Below, in pieces: positions 11,471-24,000 of a stretch of 64,000 nucleotides of DNA. The notes under the pieces are model-generated. The model saw only the letters and a list, made by a program, of their open reading frames with translations, had not been told where the DNA came from and ran no database searches. The position numbers were made by a program, and so were the translations under genes. This stretch comes from Mayamaea pseudoterrestris (lineage: Eukaryota), in contig BROI01000031.1 of NCBI GenBank assembly GCA_027923505.1, positions 1 through 64,000 of the forward strand, read 5' to 3'. Each line of letters opens with the position of its first letter. Position 1 is the stretch's first letter.

Positions 11471-13502
11471 GCGGCAAGATTCTTTACGACTGGGGGACGA
11501 TGACAACGACGACCAGTACTACAAGTTTGATTTCATTGACGGACATGAAGGTCCACTGACACAAGCCGACGCTACGTATCGCGGCTCATCCTACAACTTG
11601 CTCATCCAATGGGCAAATGGCGAGAAGACCTGGGAGCCACTCGCATTGATTATCAAGTCCGACCCTGTGACCGTTGCCGAGTACGGCAAGCGCAAGGGTA
11701 TGCTGGACAAGGATGGATGGAAGCGCTTGAAGCGCATGGCAGGACGCACTAAAATGTTTAACCGCATGTGCAAGGCTGCAAAGAAGAACCGTGTCCAAGA
11801 AGCGCGTTTCAAGTTTGGCGTTCAAGTTCCTAATACCTGGAAGGAAGCGAACCGCCTCGACGCTGCTAATGGAAACACCCTGTGGGCTGACGCCGTCAAG
11901 ACTGAGATGGAGCAGCTACACGAGTACGACACTTTCATCGACAAGGGCATTGGTGCCTTCATGGAAAGTGACTGGAAGCGCATCAACGCGCATCTTGTTT
12001 TCGACTGCAAGAACGATCTACGACGTAAGGCCCGACTCGTCGCCGGGGGACATTTGACCGCTCCGCCCAAGGACTCCGCCTACTCCGGCGTTGTATCTAT
12101 GCGAAGCATTCGAACCATAGCACTGTTAGCTGAACTGAACGACCTCAAGTTTTGGGCTGCCGATGTCGGTAACGCCTACCTCGAGGCCAAGACCAAGGAA
12201 AAGGTCTACATTGTTGCCGGTCCCGAGTTTGGACCATTGGAAGGCCATACCTTGGTCATCTACAAGGCACTTTACGGATTGCGCACTTCTGGCGCGCGTT
12301 GGCATGAGCACTTTGCCGACACACTCCGCGACATTGGATTCTACCCAAGCTACGCGGACCCTGACGTCTGGATGAAAGACTGTGGCACTCACTACGAGTA
12401 CGTCGGCGTGTTCGTCGACGATCTGGCTATGGCCATGAAAGATCCACAAGCCTTCACGGACCTCCTCAAGGAGAAGTACAAGTACAAGTTGAAGGGCGTC
12501 GGCGACATCAAGTACCACCTTGGAGCCGACTTCTATCGGGTGCCCGATGGAACCCTCTGCATGAGCGCGAAGACCTACGTCGGTCGCATGCTCAAGAACT
12601 ACGAAACCATGTTTGGCGAGAAGCCACGCAAGCGCAAGTCACCGCTTGACGACGGGGACCACCCCGAACTTGACCTAACCGAAGAGCTGGATGCCCGTGG
12701 CATTCAACAGTACCAGTCTCTTATCGGTGCCCTCCAGTGGGCAGTGACCCTATGTCGACTTGACATTCATTGTGCCGTAATGACACTTGGCCGATTCCGC
12801 TGCGCCCCGCGCCGTGGACACCTGGACCGAGCCAAGCGAGTCTGCGGTTACCTAGCTGAGTACCCTGATGCGGCGATTCGTTTCCGGACGAAGATCGTCG
12901 ATCACGGGGAACCTACCAAGTATGATTGGTTGCAATCGGTCTACGGCAACTCAAGCGAAGAGCTTCCGTGGAACATGCCGATCCCGAAGGGCAAGCCTGT
13001 GCAACTAACTACCTTTATGGACGCGAACCTGTACCATGATTACACTACTGGACGTTCCGCAATGGGAGTCCTGCATTTCCTGAACCAGACGCCCGTCGAA
13101 TGGTTCTGCAAGCGTCAGAATACTGTTGAGACTGCAACGTACGGATCCGAGTTCGTCGTCGCCAAGACCGCGACGGAACAGATTATGGATTTCCGATACT
13201 CCCTACGCATGTTGGGAGTTCCTTTGAGTGGACCAGCCTGGATGTTCGGCGACAACGAAAGTGTCAAGAAGTCGTCAACGATCCCGCACTCCACACTTTC
13301 TAAGCGACACAATGCGCTCGCCTACCACCGAGTTCGCGAGGCCATTGCAAGCAATGTTCTGTACTTTGAGCACATCTTCGGCAAGCAGAACGTCGCCGAC
13401 GTTCTTACCAAGTTCTTGCCGCATGCCACGTTCCGACCCCTGATCATTCCGATTCTTTTCTGGAAGGGTGATACGGCAAACCGATCGTTGTCACAAGCCT
13501 AG
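11469..13502 (+). CDS. pol: Copia chromodomain-like segment, RT and RNase H, copy 2 (ORF 11598-13502)
   Basis: Same translation as copy 1. Confidence 0.93.
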   Translation, partial: ERQDSLRLGDDDNDDQYYKFDFIDGHEGPLTQADATYRGSSYNLLIQWANGEKTWEPLALIIKSDPVTVAEYGKRKGMLDKDGWKRLKRMAGRTKMFNRMCKAAKKNRVQEARFKFGVQVPNTWKEANRLDAANGNTLWADAVKTEMEQLHEYDTFIDKGIGAFMESDWKRINAHLVFDCKNDLRRKARLVAGGHLTAPPKDSAYSGVVSMRSIRTIALLAELNDLKFWAADVGNAYLEAKTKEKVYIVAGPEFGPLEGHTLVIYKALYGLRTSGARWHEHFADTLRDIGFYPSYADPDVWMKDCGTHYEYVGVFVDDLAMAMKDPQAFTDLLKEKYKYKLKGVGDIKYHLGADFYRVPDGTLCMSAKTYVGRMLKNYETMFGEKPRKRKSPLDDGDHPELDLTEELDARGIQQYQSLIGALQWAVTLCRLDIHCAVMTLGRFRCAPRRGHLDRAKRVCGYLAEYPDAAIRFRTKIVDHGEPTKYDWLQSVYGNSSEELPWNMPIPKGKPVQLTTFMDANLYHDYTTGRSAMGVLHFLNQTPVEWFCKRQNTVETATYGSEFVVAKTATEQIMDFRYSLRMLGVPLSGPAWMFGDNESVKKSSTIPHSTLSKRHNALAYHRVREAIASNVLYFEHIFGKQNVADVLTKFLPHATFRPLIIPILFWKGDTANRSLSQA

Positions 13503-13513
13503 ATCAAGGGGGA

Positions 13514-13842
13514 TGACACAATATTATTGAGTTGAGTTGACCTGCGTCTTATGACAAGACGGTTAGCTACCTGTGTTTTGTATGCATTTAATCCTGTGCA
13601 GGGTTGAGTCACACTTGTGACCGAATCCTCACATACATGAGTGAAATCGCTGACGATCGAGGCGTGAACCTCGACCGTGAACCCAGTGAGAACGAGAAAG
13701 AAGCGCACGAGTAGAGTAGCGAGTAACATGCACTATTCTAGCAATTGAGTTTGTTTGTTTGCTTTACGCTGGACGAAGAGGTTGATCGCTCCGAGTCCAT
13801 TGTAGTCGCTGGAATAAAGGTTCGTCTGATATTATCGTGTCA
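13514..13842 (+). repeat. Complete 329-bp 3' LTR
   Basis: TGACAC...GTGTCA, preceded by the PPT and followed directly by satellite B (GTAGGC...). Confidence 0.96.
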
Positions 13843-14630
13843 GTAGGCTAGGCTGGTGTCTCAGGGCATGGCAATGTATTTGGTGACAACTTGTCACCAG
13901 TCTCAGCCCGCAGATGCCGTGACATTCAAACGCCCCTACAGCAAGCCCTGTTGGTGCCCAAAATACACCAGAATGGTGCCACCATCATTATTCAGGCTGC
14001 GCTACAAGATGGTAGGCCTGGCTGGTGTCTCAGGGGCTGGCAATGTATTTGGTGACAACTTGTCACCAGTCTCAGCCCCGCGGATGCCAGTGACATTCAA
14101 ACGCCCTACAGCACCCTGTAGGTGCCCAAATAAGGATGTTGCCAACATCATTATTCGGCTGCGCTACAGGATGGTCAGGCTTGACTGGATCCAGGGATGG
14201 CATGTATCTGGTGACAAGTTGTCACCAATCTCAGCCCGCGTCCCTGACATTCAAACGCCCCTGCAGCAAGCCCTGTAGGTGCCTCCACCAGAATGGTGCC
14301 AACATCATTATTCAGAGCTGCACTACAAGATGGTTGGCTTGGATGGTGTCTCAGGGGATGGCAATGTATTTGGTGACAACTTGTCGCCAGTCTCGGCCAC
14401 CCGCGACGTTCAGACCCTACGGCAAGCCCTGTAGGTGCCCCAAATTACCAGTAGGGCGCCAACATCGTTATTTAGGCTGCGCTACAAGATGGTAGGCTTG
14501 GCTGGTGTCTCGAGGGGTTGGCAATGTATTTGGTGACAACTTGTCCAGTCTCAGCCCCAGATGCCTGTCACATTCCAAGCGCCCCTACAGCAGCCTGTGG
14601 GTGCCCAAAATTACACCAGAATGGTGCATC
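13843..14630. repeat. Satellite family B (169-bp monomer), proximal degenerate block
   Basis: GGCTGGTGTCTCAGGG...TGGTGACAACTTGTCACCA... matches the 21024-24680 array. Confidence 0.92.
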
Positions 14631-14806
14631 ATTCTTTTAATCACATTACATCAGTCGTAATCAGTTGATCCATTCATACAACGCATCCACATATTGGTTG
14701 CGCACTTTCTTCATTCACATGTCACATACGACAGCTGCGGACTTGACACAAGCTAATTAGGGTTCGGGCTCTTGACTTTGCTGCTCCGCGACTTGTCACT
14801 CCCCTC
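14630..14806 (-). mobile_element. Probable remnant (PPT plus LTR start) of a second LTR-retrotransposon family
   Basis: Non-satellite island whose minus strand reads GAGGGGAG|TGACAAGTC..., paralleling AAGGGGGA|TGACAC of the main element. Confidence 0.4.
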
Positions 14807-14817
14807 GGGTACGCTGC

Positions 14818-16181
14818 TTGTCAAGGATTTTCCTTCTCGCCGTCACTGAGCTACTTGGATGCCATGGAGGGGTTTCACTACACCAAATGAACATATGGGA
14901 CAAGGGTTTGGTCATGCAGGTGCTCATAGGATGCTTCATTGGTGCACCAGTGGTGCCTTTTAGAAGAAGACCCTTCAACTGGTGTTTAGAAGGTGTTTCC
15001 TTCTCGCCATCACTGAGCTACTTGGATGCCATGGAGGGGTATCACAACACCAAATGAACATATGGGACAAGGGTTTGGCCATGCAGGTGCTCATAAGTGC
15101 TCCATTGGTGCACCAGTGATGCCTTCTAGGCAGATGGCCCTTCAACTGGCGCTGAGAAGATTTTTCCTTCTCGCCGTCACTGAGCTAATTGGATGCCATG
15201 GAGGGGCTTCACCACACCAAATGAACTTATGGGTCAAGGGTTTGGCCATGCAGGTGCTCATAGGATGCTTCATTGGTGCACCAGTGGTGCCTTCTAGATA
15301 GATGGCCCTTCAGTGGTGCTCAAAATGTTTTTCCTTCTCACCGTCACTGAGCTACTCGGATGCCATGGCGGGGTTTCACCACACCAAATGAACATACGGG
15401 ACAAGGGTTTGGCCATGCAGGTACTAATAGGATGCTCCATTGGTGCACCAGTGGCGCCTTGGTGCACCAGTGGTGCCTTCTAGGCAGATGGCCCATCAAC
15501 TGGTGTTCAGAAGGTGTTTCCTTCTCGCCATCACTGAGCTACTTGGATGCCGTAATGGGGTTTCACCACACCAAATGAACATACGGGACAAGGGTTTGGC
15601 CATGCAGGTGCTCATAGGATGCTCCATTGGTGCACCAGTGGTGCCTTTTAGAAGAAGACCCTTCAACTGGTGTTTAGAAGGTGTTTCCTTGGATGCCGTA
15701 ATGGGGTTTCACCACACCAAATGAACATACGGGACAAGGGTTTGGCCATGCAGGTGCTCATAGGATGCTTCATTGATGCACCAGTGGTGCCTTCTAGGCA
15801 GATGGCCCTTCAACTGGTGCTCAGAAGGTTTTTCCTTCTCGCCGTCACTGAGCTACTTGGATGCCATGGCAGGGCTTCACCACACCAAATGAACATACAG
15901 GACAATAGTTTGGCCATGCAGGTGCTCCTAGGATGCTCCATTGGTGCACCAGTGGCGCCTTATAGGCAGATGGCCCTTCAACTGTTGCTCAGAAGGTTTT
16001 TCCTTCTCGCCATCACTGAGCTACTTGGATGCCATGGCGGGGTTCCACCACACCAAATGAACATAAGGGACAAGGGTTTGGCGGTGCAGGTGCTCATAGG
16101 ATGCTCCATTGGTGCACCACCGGCGCCTTCTAGAAGATGGCTCTTCAACTGGCATTCAAAAGGATTTTCCTTCTCACCGGT
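14818..16181. repeat. Satellite family C (167-168-bp monomer), block 1
   Basis: CACTGAGCTA recurs at 14844, 15011, 15178, 15345 and onward. Confidence 0.95.
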
Positions 16182-16445
16182 CAAGACTGGAATGGGTGCA
16201 GCTGATCACAGCACTGGCCCATCATAACATCAGACATGAATGGAATAGGATGGGAGGGCTCAGAAGGCTGTGCTGATGGTCCCTGTAGCCAGAAAGGGTG
16301 ACTTGCTGGCACATTCAACCAATGGTTGAATGTGCGGAGTCTCACGGCAGGAGGAAGGGTTCCACACCCAAATGACAAGCCTTTGCATTCTAAACAATTA
16401 TAAACACAATGAGCTTTGTATTCCAGGATTGGCAGGCCATTCTGG
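16182..16445. repeat. Single satellite D unit inside satellite C
   Basis: Same sequence as the units at 18781-19980, including the palindrome GCACATTCAACCA-A-TGGTTGAATGTGC. Confidence 0.85.
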
Positions 16446-18745
16446 CAGATGGCCCTTCAACTATGCTCATATTTTCCTTCTCGGCCGCCACTTTGGATGC
16501 CATGGCTTCACCACACCAAATGAATTGTCAAGGGTTTGGATGCAGGTGCTCATAGGGATGTTTGGTGCACCAGTGGTGCCTTCTAGATAGATGGTTGTGG
16601 TGCTCAAAATGTTTTCCTTCTCACCGTCACTGAGCTACTTGGATGCCATGGCGGGCTTCACCACACCAATGAACATACGGGACAAGGGTAATGCAGGTGC
16701 TCATAGGACTTGGTGCACCAGTGGTGCCTTTAGAGAAGTCTTCAAGTGTTTAGGGTTCTGAGAGATGCGTGGGGTTTCACCACACCAAAGAAAATTGACA
16801 AGCCTTGCAGGTTTGTCCATCCGGCACGATGGCTTCATTGTATTACGTTTTGGCGGCCATTCTAGGCAGATGGCCCTTCAACTGGCGCTCAAAAGGATTT
16901 TCTCACCTCACTGAGCCACTTGGATGCCATGTAGGAGTACTTCACCACACCAAATGAACATACAGGACAAGATTTTGGGTATGCAAAGGTGCTCTTAGGA
17001 TGCAATCCATTGGTGCACCAGTGGCGCCTTCTAGGCAGATTGCCCTTTAACTGTTGCTCAGAAGGTTTTTCCTTCTCGCCATCACTGAGCTACTTGGATG
17101 CCATGGTGGGGGTTCACCACACCAAATGATCAAACGGGACAAGCGTTTGGCCATGCAGGTGCTCATAGGATGCTTCATTGGTGCACCAGTGGCGCCTTCT
17201 AGGCAGATTGCCCTTCAACTGGCGCTCAGAAGAATTTTCCTTCTCGCCGTCACTGAGCTACTTGGATGCCATGGAGGGGTTTCACTACACCAAATGAACA
17301 TATGGGACAAGGGTTTGGTCATGCAGGAGCTCATAGGATGCTTCATTGGTGCACCAGTGGTGCCTTCTAGATAGATGGCCCTTCAGTGGTGCTCAACATG
17401 TTTTCCTTCTCACCGTCACTGAGCTACTTGGATGCCATGGAGGGGTATCACAACACCAAATGAACATATGGGACAAGGGTTTGGCCATGCAGGTGCTCAT
17501 AAGTGCTCCATTGGTGCACCAGTGATGCCTTCTAGGCAGATGGCCCTTCAACTGGCGCTGAGAAGATTTCTCCTTCTCGCTGTCACTGAGCTACTTGGAT
17601 GCCGTAATGGGGTTTCACCACACCAAATGAACATACGGGACAAGGGTTTGGCCATGCAGGTGCTCATTGGATGCTCCATTGGTGCACCAGTGGTGCCTTC
17701 TAGGCAGATGCCCCTTCAACTGGTGCTCAGAAGGATTTTCCTTCACACCGTCACTGAGCTACTTGGATGCCATAACGGGGTTTCAACACTCCAACCGAAC
17801 ATATGGGACAAGGGTTTGGCCATGCAGGTACTAATAGGATGCTCCATTGGTGCACCAGTGGTGCCTTCTAGGCAGATGGCCCATTAACTGGTGTTTAGAG
17901 GGTTTTTCCTTCTCTCCATCACTGAGCTACTTGGATGCAATGGCAGGGCTTCACCACACCAAATGAACATATGGGACAAGGGTTTGGCCATGCAGGTGCT
18001 CATAAGTGCTCCATTGGTGCACCAGTGATGCCTTCTAGGCAGATGGCCCTTCAACTGGCGCTGAGAAGATTTTCCGTTCTCGCCATCACTGAGCTAATTG
18101 GATGCCATGGCAGTACATCAATACACCAAATGAACATACAGGACAATAGTTTGGCCATGCAGGTGCTCCTAGGATGCTCCATTGGTGCACCAGTGGCGCC
18201 TTATAGGCAGATGGCACTTCAACTGTTGCTCAGAAGGTTTTTCCTTCTCGCCATCACTGAGCTACTTGGATGCCATGGCGGGGCTTCACCACACCAAATG
18301 AACTTATGGGTCAAGGGTTTGGCCATGCAGGTGCTCATAGGATGCTCCATTGGTGCACCAGTGGTGCCTTCTAGGCAGATGGCCCTTCAACTGGTGCTCA
18401 GAAGGTTTTTCCTTCTCGCCGTCACTGAGCTACTTGGATGCCATGAAAGTATATCAATACACCAAATGAACATACAGGACAATATTTTGGCCATGCAGGT
18501 GCTCCTAGGATGCTCCATTGGTGCACCACCGGCGCCTTCTAGAAGATGGCTCTTCAACTGTTGCTCAGAAGGTTTTTCCTTCTCGCCATCACTGAGCTAC
18601 TTGGATGCCATGGCGGGGTTCCACCACACCAAATGAACATAAGGGACAAGGGTTTGGCGGTGCAGGTGCTCATAGGATGCTCCATTGGTGCACCAGATTG
18701 GCGCCTTCTGGCAGATGGCCCTTCAACTGGCACTCAAAAGATTCC
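16446..18745. repeat. Satellite C, block 2 (first ~550 bp degenerate)
   Basis: Repeating 56-codon phase MALQLVLRRFFLLAITELLGCH..., equal to 168 bp. Confidence 0.93.
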
Positions 18746-18779
18746 TTCATCTGAAGGCCAGCCGCACGGAGCCATGGAG

Positions 18780-19980
18780 GGGTGCAGCTGATTAAAGCAT
18801 TGGCCCATCATAACATCAGACATGAATGGAATGGAATAGGATGGGAGGGCTTAGAAGGCTGTGCTGATGGTCCCTGTAGCCAGAAAGGTGACTTGCTGGC
18901 ACATTCAACCAATGGTTGAATGTGCGGAGTCTCACGGCAGGGGGAAGGGTTCCACAGCAAAATGACAAGCCTTTGCATTCTAATCAATTGTAAACACATT
19001 GAGCATTAAATTCCAGATTGGCAGGCCATTCTGGCAGTGTGAAGTGCCACTTGAGCTGCACTGCCAACAAGTTGTTGGATCTGCTGAGTCTCACCATGGC
19101 ATACTACATGGCGGTCAAGACTGGAATGGGTGCAGCTGATTAAAGCATTGGCCCATCATAACATCAGACATGATCTAAAAGGAAGGGAGGGCTCAGAAGG
19201 CTGTGCTGATGGTCCCTGTAGCCAGAAAGGGTGACTTGCTGGCACATTCAACCAAAGGTTGAATTTGCGGAGTCTCACGGCAGGGGGAAGGGTTCCACAG
19301 CAAAATGACAAGCCTTTGCATTCTAATCAATTATAAACACAATGAGCTTTGTATTCCAGTATTGGCAGGCCATTCTGGCAGGGGTGCAGCTGATTAAAGC
19401 ATTGGCCCATCATAACATCAGACATGAATGGAATGGAATAGGATGGGAGGGCTTAGAAGGCTGTGCTGATGGTCCCTGTAGCCAGAAAGGTGACTTGCTG
19501 GCACATTCAACCAATGGTTGAATGTGCGGAGTCTCACGGCAGGGGGAAGGGTTCCACAGCAAAATGACAAGCCTTTGCATTCTAATCAATTGTAAACACA
19601 TTGAGCATTAAATTCCAGATTGGCAGGCCATTCTGGCAGTGTGAAGTGCCACTTGAGCTGCACTGCCAACAAGTTGTTGGATCTGCTGAGTCTCACCATG
19701 GCATACTACATGGCGGTCAAGACTGGAATGGGTGCAGCTGATTAAAGCATTGGCCCATCATAACATCAGACATGATCTAAAAGGAAGGGAGGGCTCAGAA
19801 GGCTGTGCTGATGGTCCCTGTAGCCAGAAAGGGTGACTTGCTGGCACATTCAACCAAAGGTTGAATTTGCGGAGTCTCACGGCAGGGGGAAGGGTTCCAC
19901 AGCAAAATGACAAGCCTTTGCATTCTAATCAATTATAAACACAATGAGCTTTGTATTCCAGTATTGGCAGGCCATTCTGG
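18780..19980. repeat. Satellite family D: 602-bp higher-order unit x2, each with two ~254-bp cores and a ~94-bp spacer
   Basis: GGTGCAGCTGATTAAAGCATTGG at ~18782, 19129, 19383 and 19731; identical spurious ORFs at 18808 and 19410 (offset 602). Confidence 0.9.
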
Positions 19981-20730
19981 CAGATGGCCCTTCAACTGGC
20001 GCTCAGAAGGATTTTCCTTCTCGCCATCACTGAGCTACTTGGATGCCATGGTGGGGTTTCACCACAACAAATGAACATACGGGACAAGGGTTTGGTCATG
20101 CAGGTGCTCATAGGATGCTCCATTGGTGCACCAGTGGCGCCTTCTAGGCAGATGGCCCTACAACTGGTGCTCAGAAGGTTTTTCCTTCTCGCCATCACTG
20201 AGCTACTTGGATGCCATGGCAGGGTTTTACCACCACAAATGAACATATGGGACAAGGGTTTGGCCATGCAGGTGCTCATAGGATGCTTCATTGGTGCACC
20301 AGTGGCGCCTTCTAGGCAGATGGCCCTACAACTGGTGCTCAGAAAGATTTTCCTTCTCGCCATCACTGAGCTACTTGGATGCCATGGTGGGGGTTCACCA
20401 CACCAAATGAACATATGGGACAAGGGTTTGGCCATGCAGATGCTCATCGGATGCTCCATTAGTGCACCAGTGGCGCCTTATAGAAGATGGCCCTTCAACT
20501 GGCGCTCAGAAGGATTTTCCTTCTCGCCGTCACTGAGCTACTTGGATGCCATGGTGGGGTTTCACCTCACCAAATGATCAAACGGAACAAGCGTTTGGCC
20601 ATGCAGGAGATGGCCCTTCAACTGGCGCTCAGAAGGATTTTCCTTCTCGCCGTCACTGAGCTACTTGGATGCCATGGTGGGGTTTCACCACACCAAATGA
20701 TCAAACGGGACAAGCGTTTGGCCATGCAGG
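19981..20730. repeat. Satellite C, block 3
   Basis: CACTGAG at 20028, 20196, 20364 and 20531. Confidence 0.93.
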
Positions 20731-21022
20731 TTTTTCCTGACTCATTGGGTTGTTGGGTGGCCAGGGCACGGGGCATTGTAGTGGTATGATTCCATAATTT
20801 GGGATGTTGGCCACACCCATCCTGCAGACCATTCCATGGTGTAGGCCTCCAGGCAGTCCGTTTTGCACCATTTCAGACCATCCTTATGTCAATAACACAC
20901 ACTGAACATGTTTTGCCTGACTCAATGGGTGGTTGGGTGGCCAGGGTACGGGGCATTGTAGTGGTATGACTCCATAATTTGGGGTGTTGGCCACACCCAG
21001 CCTGCAGACCATTCCATGGTGT
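20731..21022. repeat. Repeat family E, 180-bp unit, about 1.6 copies
   Basis: CCTGACTCA...GGGCATTGTAGTGGTATGA...CCATTCCATGGTGT at 20731 and 20911. Confidence 0.85.
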
Positions 21023-21023
21023 C

Positions 21024-24000
21024 GCCCCTACAGCAAGCCCTGTAGGTGCCCAAAATACACCAGAAATGGTGGCAACATCATTATTCAGGCTGCGCTACAA
21101 GATGGTAGGCTTGGCTGGTGTCTCAGGGGATGGCAATGTATTTGGTGACAACTTGTCACCAGTCTCAGCCCGCAGATGCCGTGACATTCAAACGCCCCTA
21201 CAGCAAGCCCTGTAGGTGCCCAAAATACACCAGAATGGTGCCAACATCATTATTCAGGCTGCGCTACAAGATGGTAGGCTTGGCTGGTGTCTCAGGGGAT
21301 GGCAATGTATTTGGTGACAACTTGTCACCAGTCTCAGCCCGCAGATGCCGTGACATTCAAACGCCCCTACAGCAAGCCCTGTAGCTGCCCAAAATACACC
21401 AGAATGGTGCCAACATCATTATTCAGGCTGCGCTACAAGATGGTAGGCTTGGCTGGTGTCTCAGGGGATGGCAATGTATTTGGTGACAACTTGTCACCAG
21501 TCTCAGCCCGCAGATGCCAGGACATTCAAACGCCCCTACAGCAAGCCCTGTAGGTGCCCAAAATACACCAGAATGGTGCCAACATCATTATTCCGGCTGC
21601 GCTACAAGATGGTAGGCTTGGCTGGTGTCTCAGGGGATGGCAATGTATTTGGTGACAACTTGTCACCAGTCTCAGCCCGCAGATGCCGTGACATTCAAAC
21701 GCCCCTACAGCATGCCCTATTGGTGCCCAAAATACACCAGAATGGTGGCAACATCATTATTCAGGCTGCGCTACAGGATGGTAGGCTTGGCTGGTGTCTC
21801 AGGGGATGGCAATGTATTTGGTGACAACTTGTCACCAGTCTCAGCCCGCAGATGCCGTGACATTCAAACGCCCCTACAGCAAGCCCTATAGGTGCCCAAA
21901 ATACACCAGAATGGTGCCAACATCATTATTCAGGCTGCGCTACAAGATGGTAGGCTTGGCTGGTGTCTCAGGGGATGGCAATGTATTTGGTGACAACTTA
22001 TCACCAGTCTCAGCCCGCAGATGCCAGGACATTCAAACGCCCCTACAGCAAGCCCTGTAGGTGCCCAAAATACACCAGAATGGTGCCAACATCATTATTC
22101 AGGCTGCTCTACAAGATGGTAGGCTTGGCTGGTGTCTCAGGGGATGGCAATGTATTTGGTGACAACTTGTCACCAGTCTCAGCCCGCAGATGCCGTGACA
22201 TTCAAACGCCCCTACAGCAAGCCCTGTAGGTGCCCAAAATACACCAGAATGGTGCCAACATCATTATTCAGGCTGCGCTACAAGATGGTAGGCTTGGCTG
22301 GTGTCTCAGGGGATGGCAATGTATATGGTGACAACTTGTCACCAGTCTCAGCCCGCAGATGCCGTGACATTCAAACGCCCCTACAGCAAGCCCTGTAGGT
22401 GCCCAAAATACACCAGAATGGTGCCAACATCATTATTCAGGCTGCGCTACAAGATGGTAGGCTTGGCTGGTGTCTCAGGGGATGGCAATGTATTTGGTGA
22501 CAACTTGTCACCAGTCTCAGCCCGCAGATGCCGTGACATTCAAACGCCCCTACAGCAAGCCCTGTAGGTGCCCAAAATACACCAGAATGGTGCCAACATC
22601 ATTATTCAGGCTGCGCTACAAGATGGTAGGCTTGGCTGGTGTCTCAGGGGATGGCAATGTATTTGGTGACAACTTGTCACCAGTCTCAGCCCGTGGATGC
22701 CGTGACATTCAAACGCCCCTACAGCAAGCCCTGTAGGTGCCCAAAATACACCAGAATGGTGCCAACATCATTATTCCGGCTGCGCTACAAGATGGTAGGC
22801 TTGGCTGGTGTCTCAGGGGATGGCAATGTATTTGGTGACAACTTGTCACCAGTCTCAGCCCGTGGATGCCGTGACATTCAAACGCCCCTACAGCAAGCCC
22901 TGTTGGTGCCCAGATACACCATAATGGTGCCAACATCATTATTCAGGCTGCGCTACAGGATGGTAGGCTTGGCTGGTGTCTCAGGGGATGGCAATGTATT
23001 TGGTGACAACTTGTCACCAGTCTCAGCCCGCAGATGCCAGGACATTCAAACTCCCCTACAGCAAGCCCTGTTGGTGCCCAAAATACACCACAAATGGTGC
23101 CAACATCATTATTCCGGCTGCGCTACAAGATGGTAGGCTTGGCTGGTGTCTCAGGGGATGGCAATGTATTTGGTGACAACTTGTCACCAGTCTCAGCCCG
23201 CAGATGCCGTGACATTCAAACGCCCCTACAGCAAGCCCTGTAGGTGCCCAAAATACACCAGAATGGTGCCAACATCATTATTCAGGCTGCGCTACAAGAT
23301 GGTAGGCTTGGCTGGTGTCTCAGGGGATGGCAATGTATTTGGTGACAACTTGTCACCAGTCTCAGCCCGCAGATGCCGTCACATTCAAACGGCCCTACAG
23401 CAAGCCCTGCAGGTGCCCAAAATACACCAGTAATGGTGGCAACATCTTTATTCAGGCTGCGCTACAGGATGGTAGGCTTGGCTGGTGTCTCAGGGGATGG
23501 CAATGTATTTGGTGACAACTTGTCACCAGTCTCAGCCCGCAGATGCCGTGACATTCAAACGCCCCTACAGCAAGCCCTGTAGGTGCCCAAAATACACCAG
23601 AATGGTGCCAACATCATTATTCAGGCTGTGCTACAAGATGGTAGGCTTGGCTGGTGTCTCAGGGGATGGCAATGTATTTGGTGACAACTTGTCACCAGTC
23701 TCAGCCCGTGGATGCCGTGACATTCAAACGCCCCTACAGCAAGCCCTGTAGGTGCCCAGATACACCATAATGGTGCCAACATCATTATTCCTGCTGCGCT
23801 ACAAGATGGTAGGCTTGGCTGGTGTCTCAGGGGATGGCAATGTATTTGATGACAACTTGTGACCAGTCTCAGCCCGCAGATGCCATCACATTCAAACGGC
23901 CCTACAGCAGGCCCTGTAGGTGCCCAAAATACACCAGAATGGTGCCAACATCATTATTCAGGCTGCGCTACAAGATGGTAGGCTTGGCTGGTGTCTCAGG

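Larger units (their letters stand above)
2092..13842 (+). mobile_element. Ty1/copia LTR retrotransposon complex (CoDi-like): partial 5' LTR, scrambled gag 5' end, then two near-identical gag(3')-PR-IN-RT-RH-LTR units
   Basis: Domain order PR (LIDGGANGG), IN (TDTW / SDNS / NPAERRI), RT (ADVGNAYL, KALYGL, FVDD), RNase H (DANL, GSEF, GDNES, ADVLTK) is the copia order. LTRs are TG...CA with a polypurine tract. Confidence 0.95.

Noticed and set aside
14757..14762. TTAGGG as a telomeric repeat
   Set aside because: Single occurrence, expected by chance.
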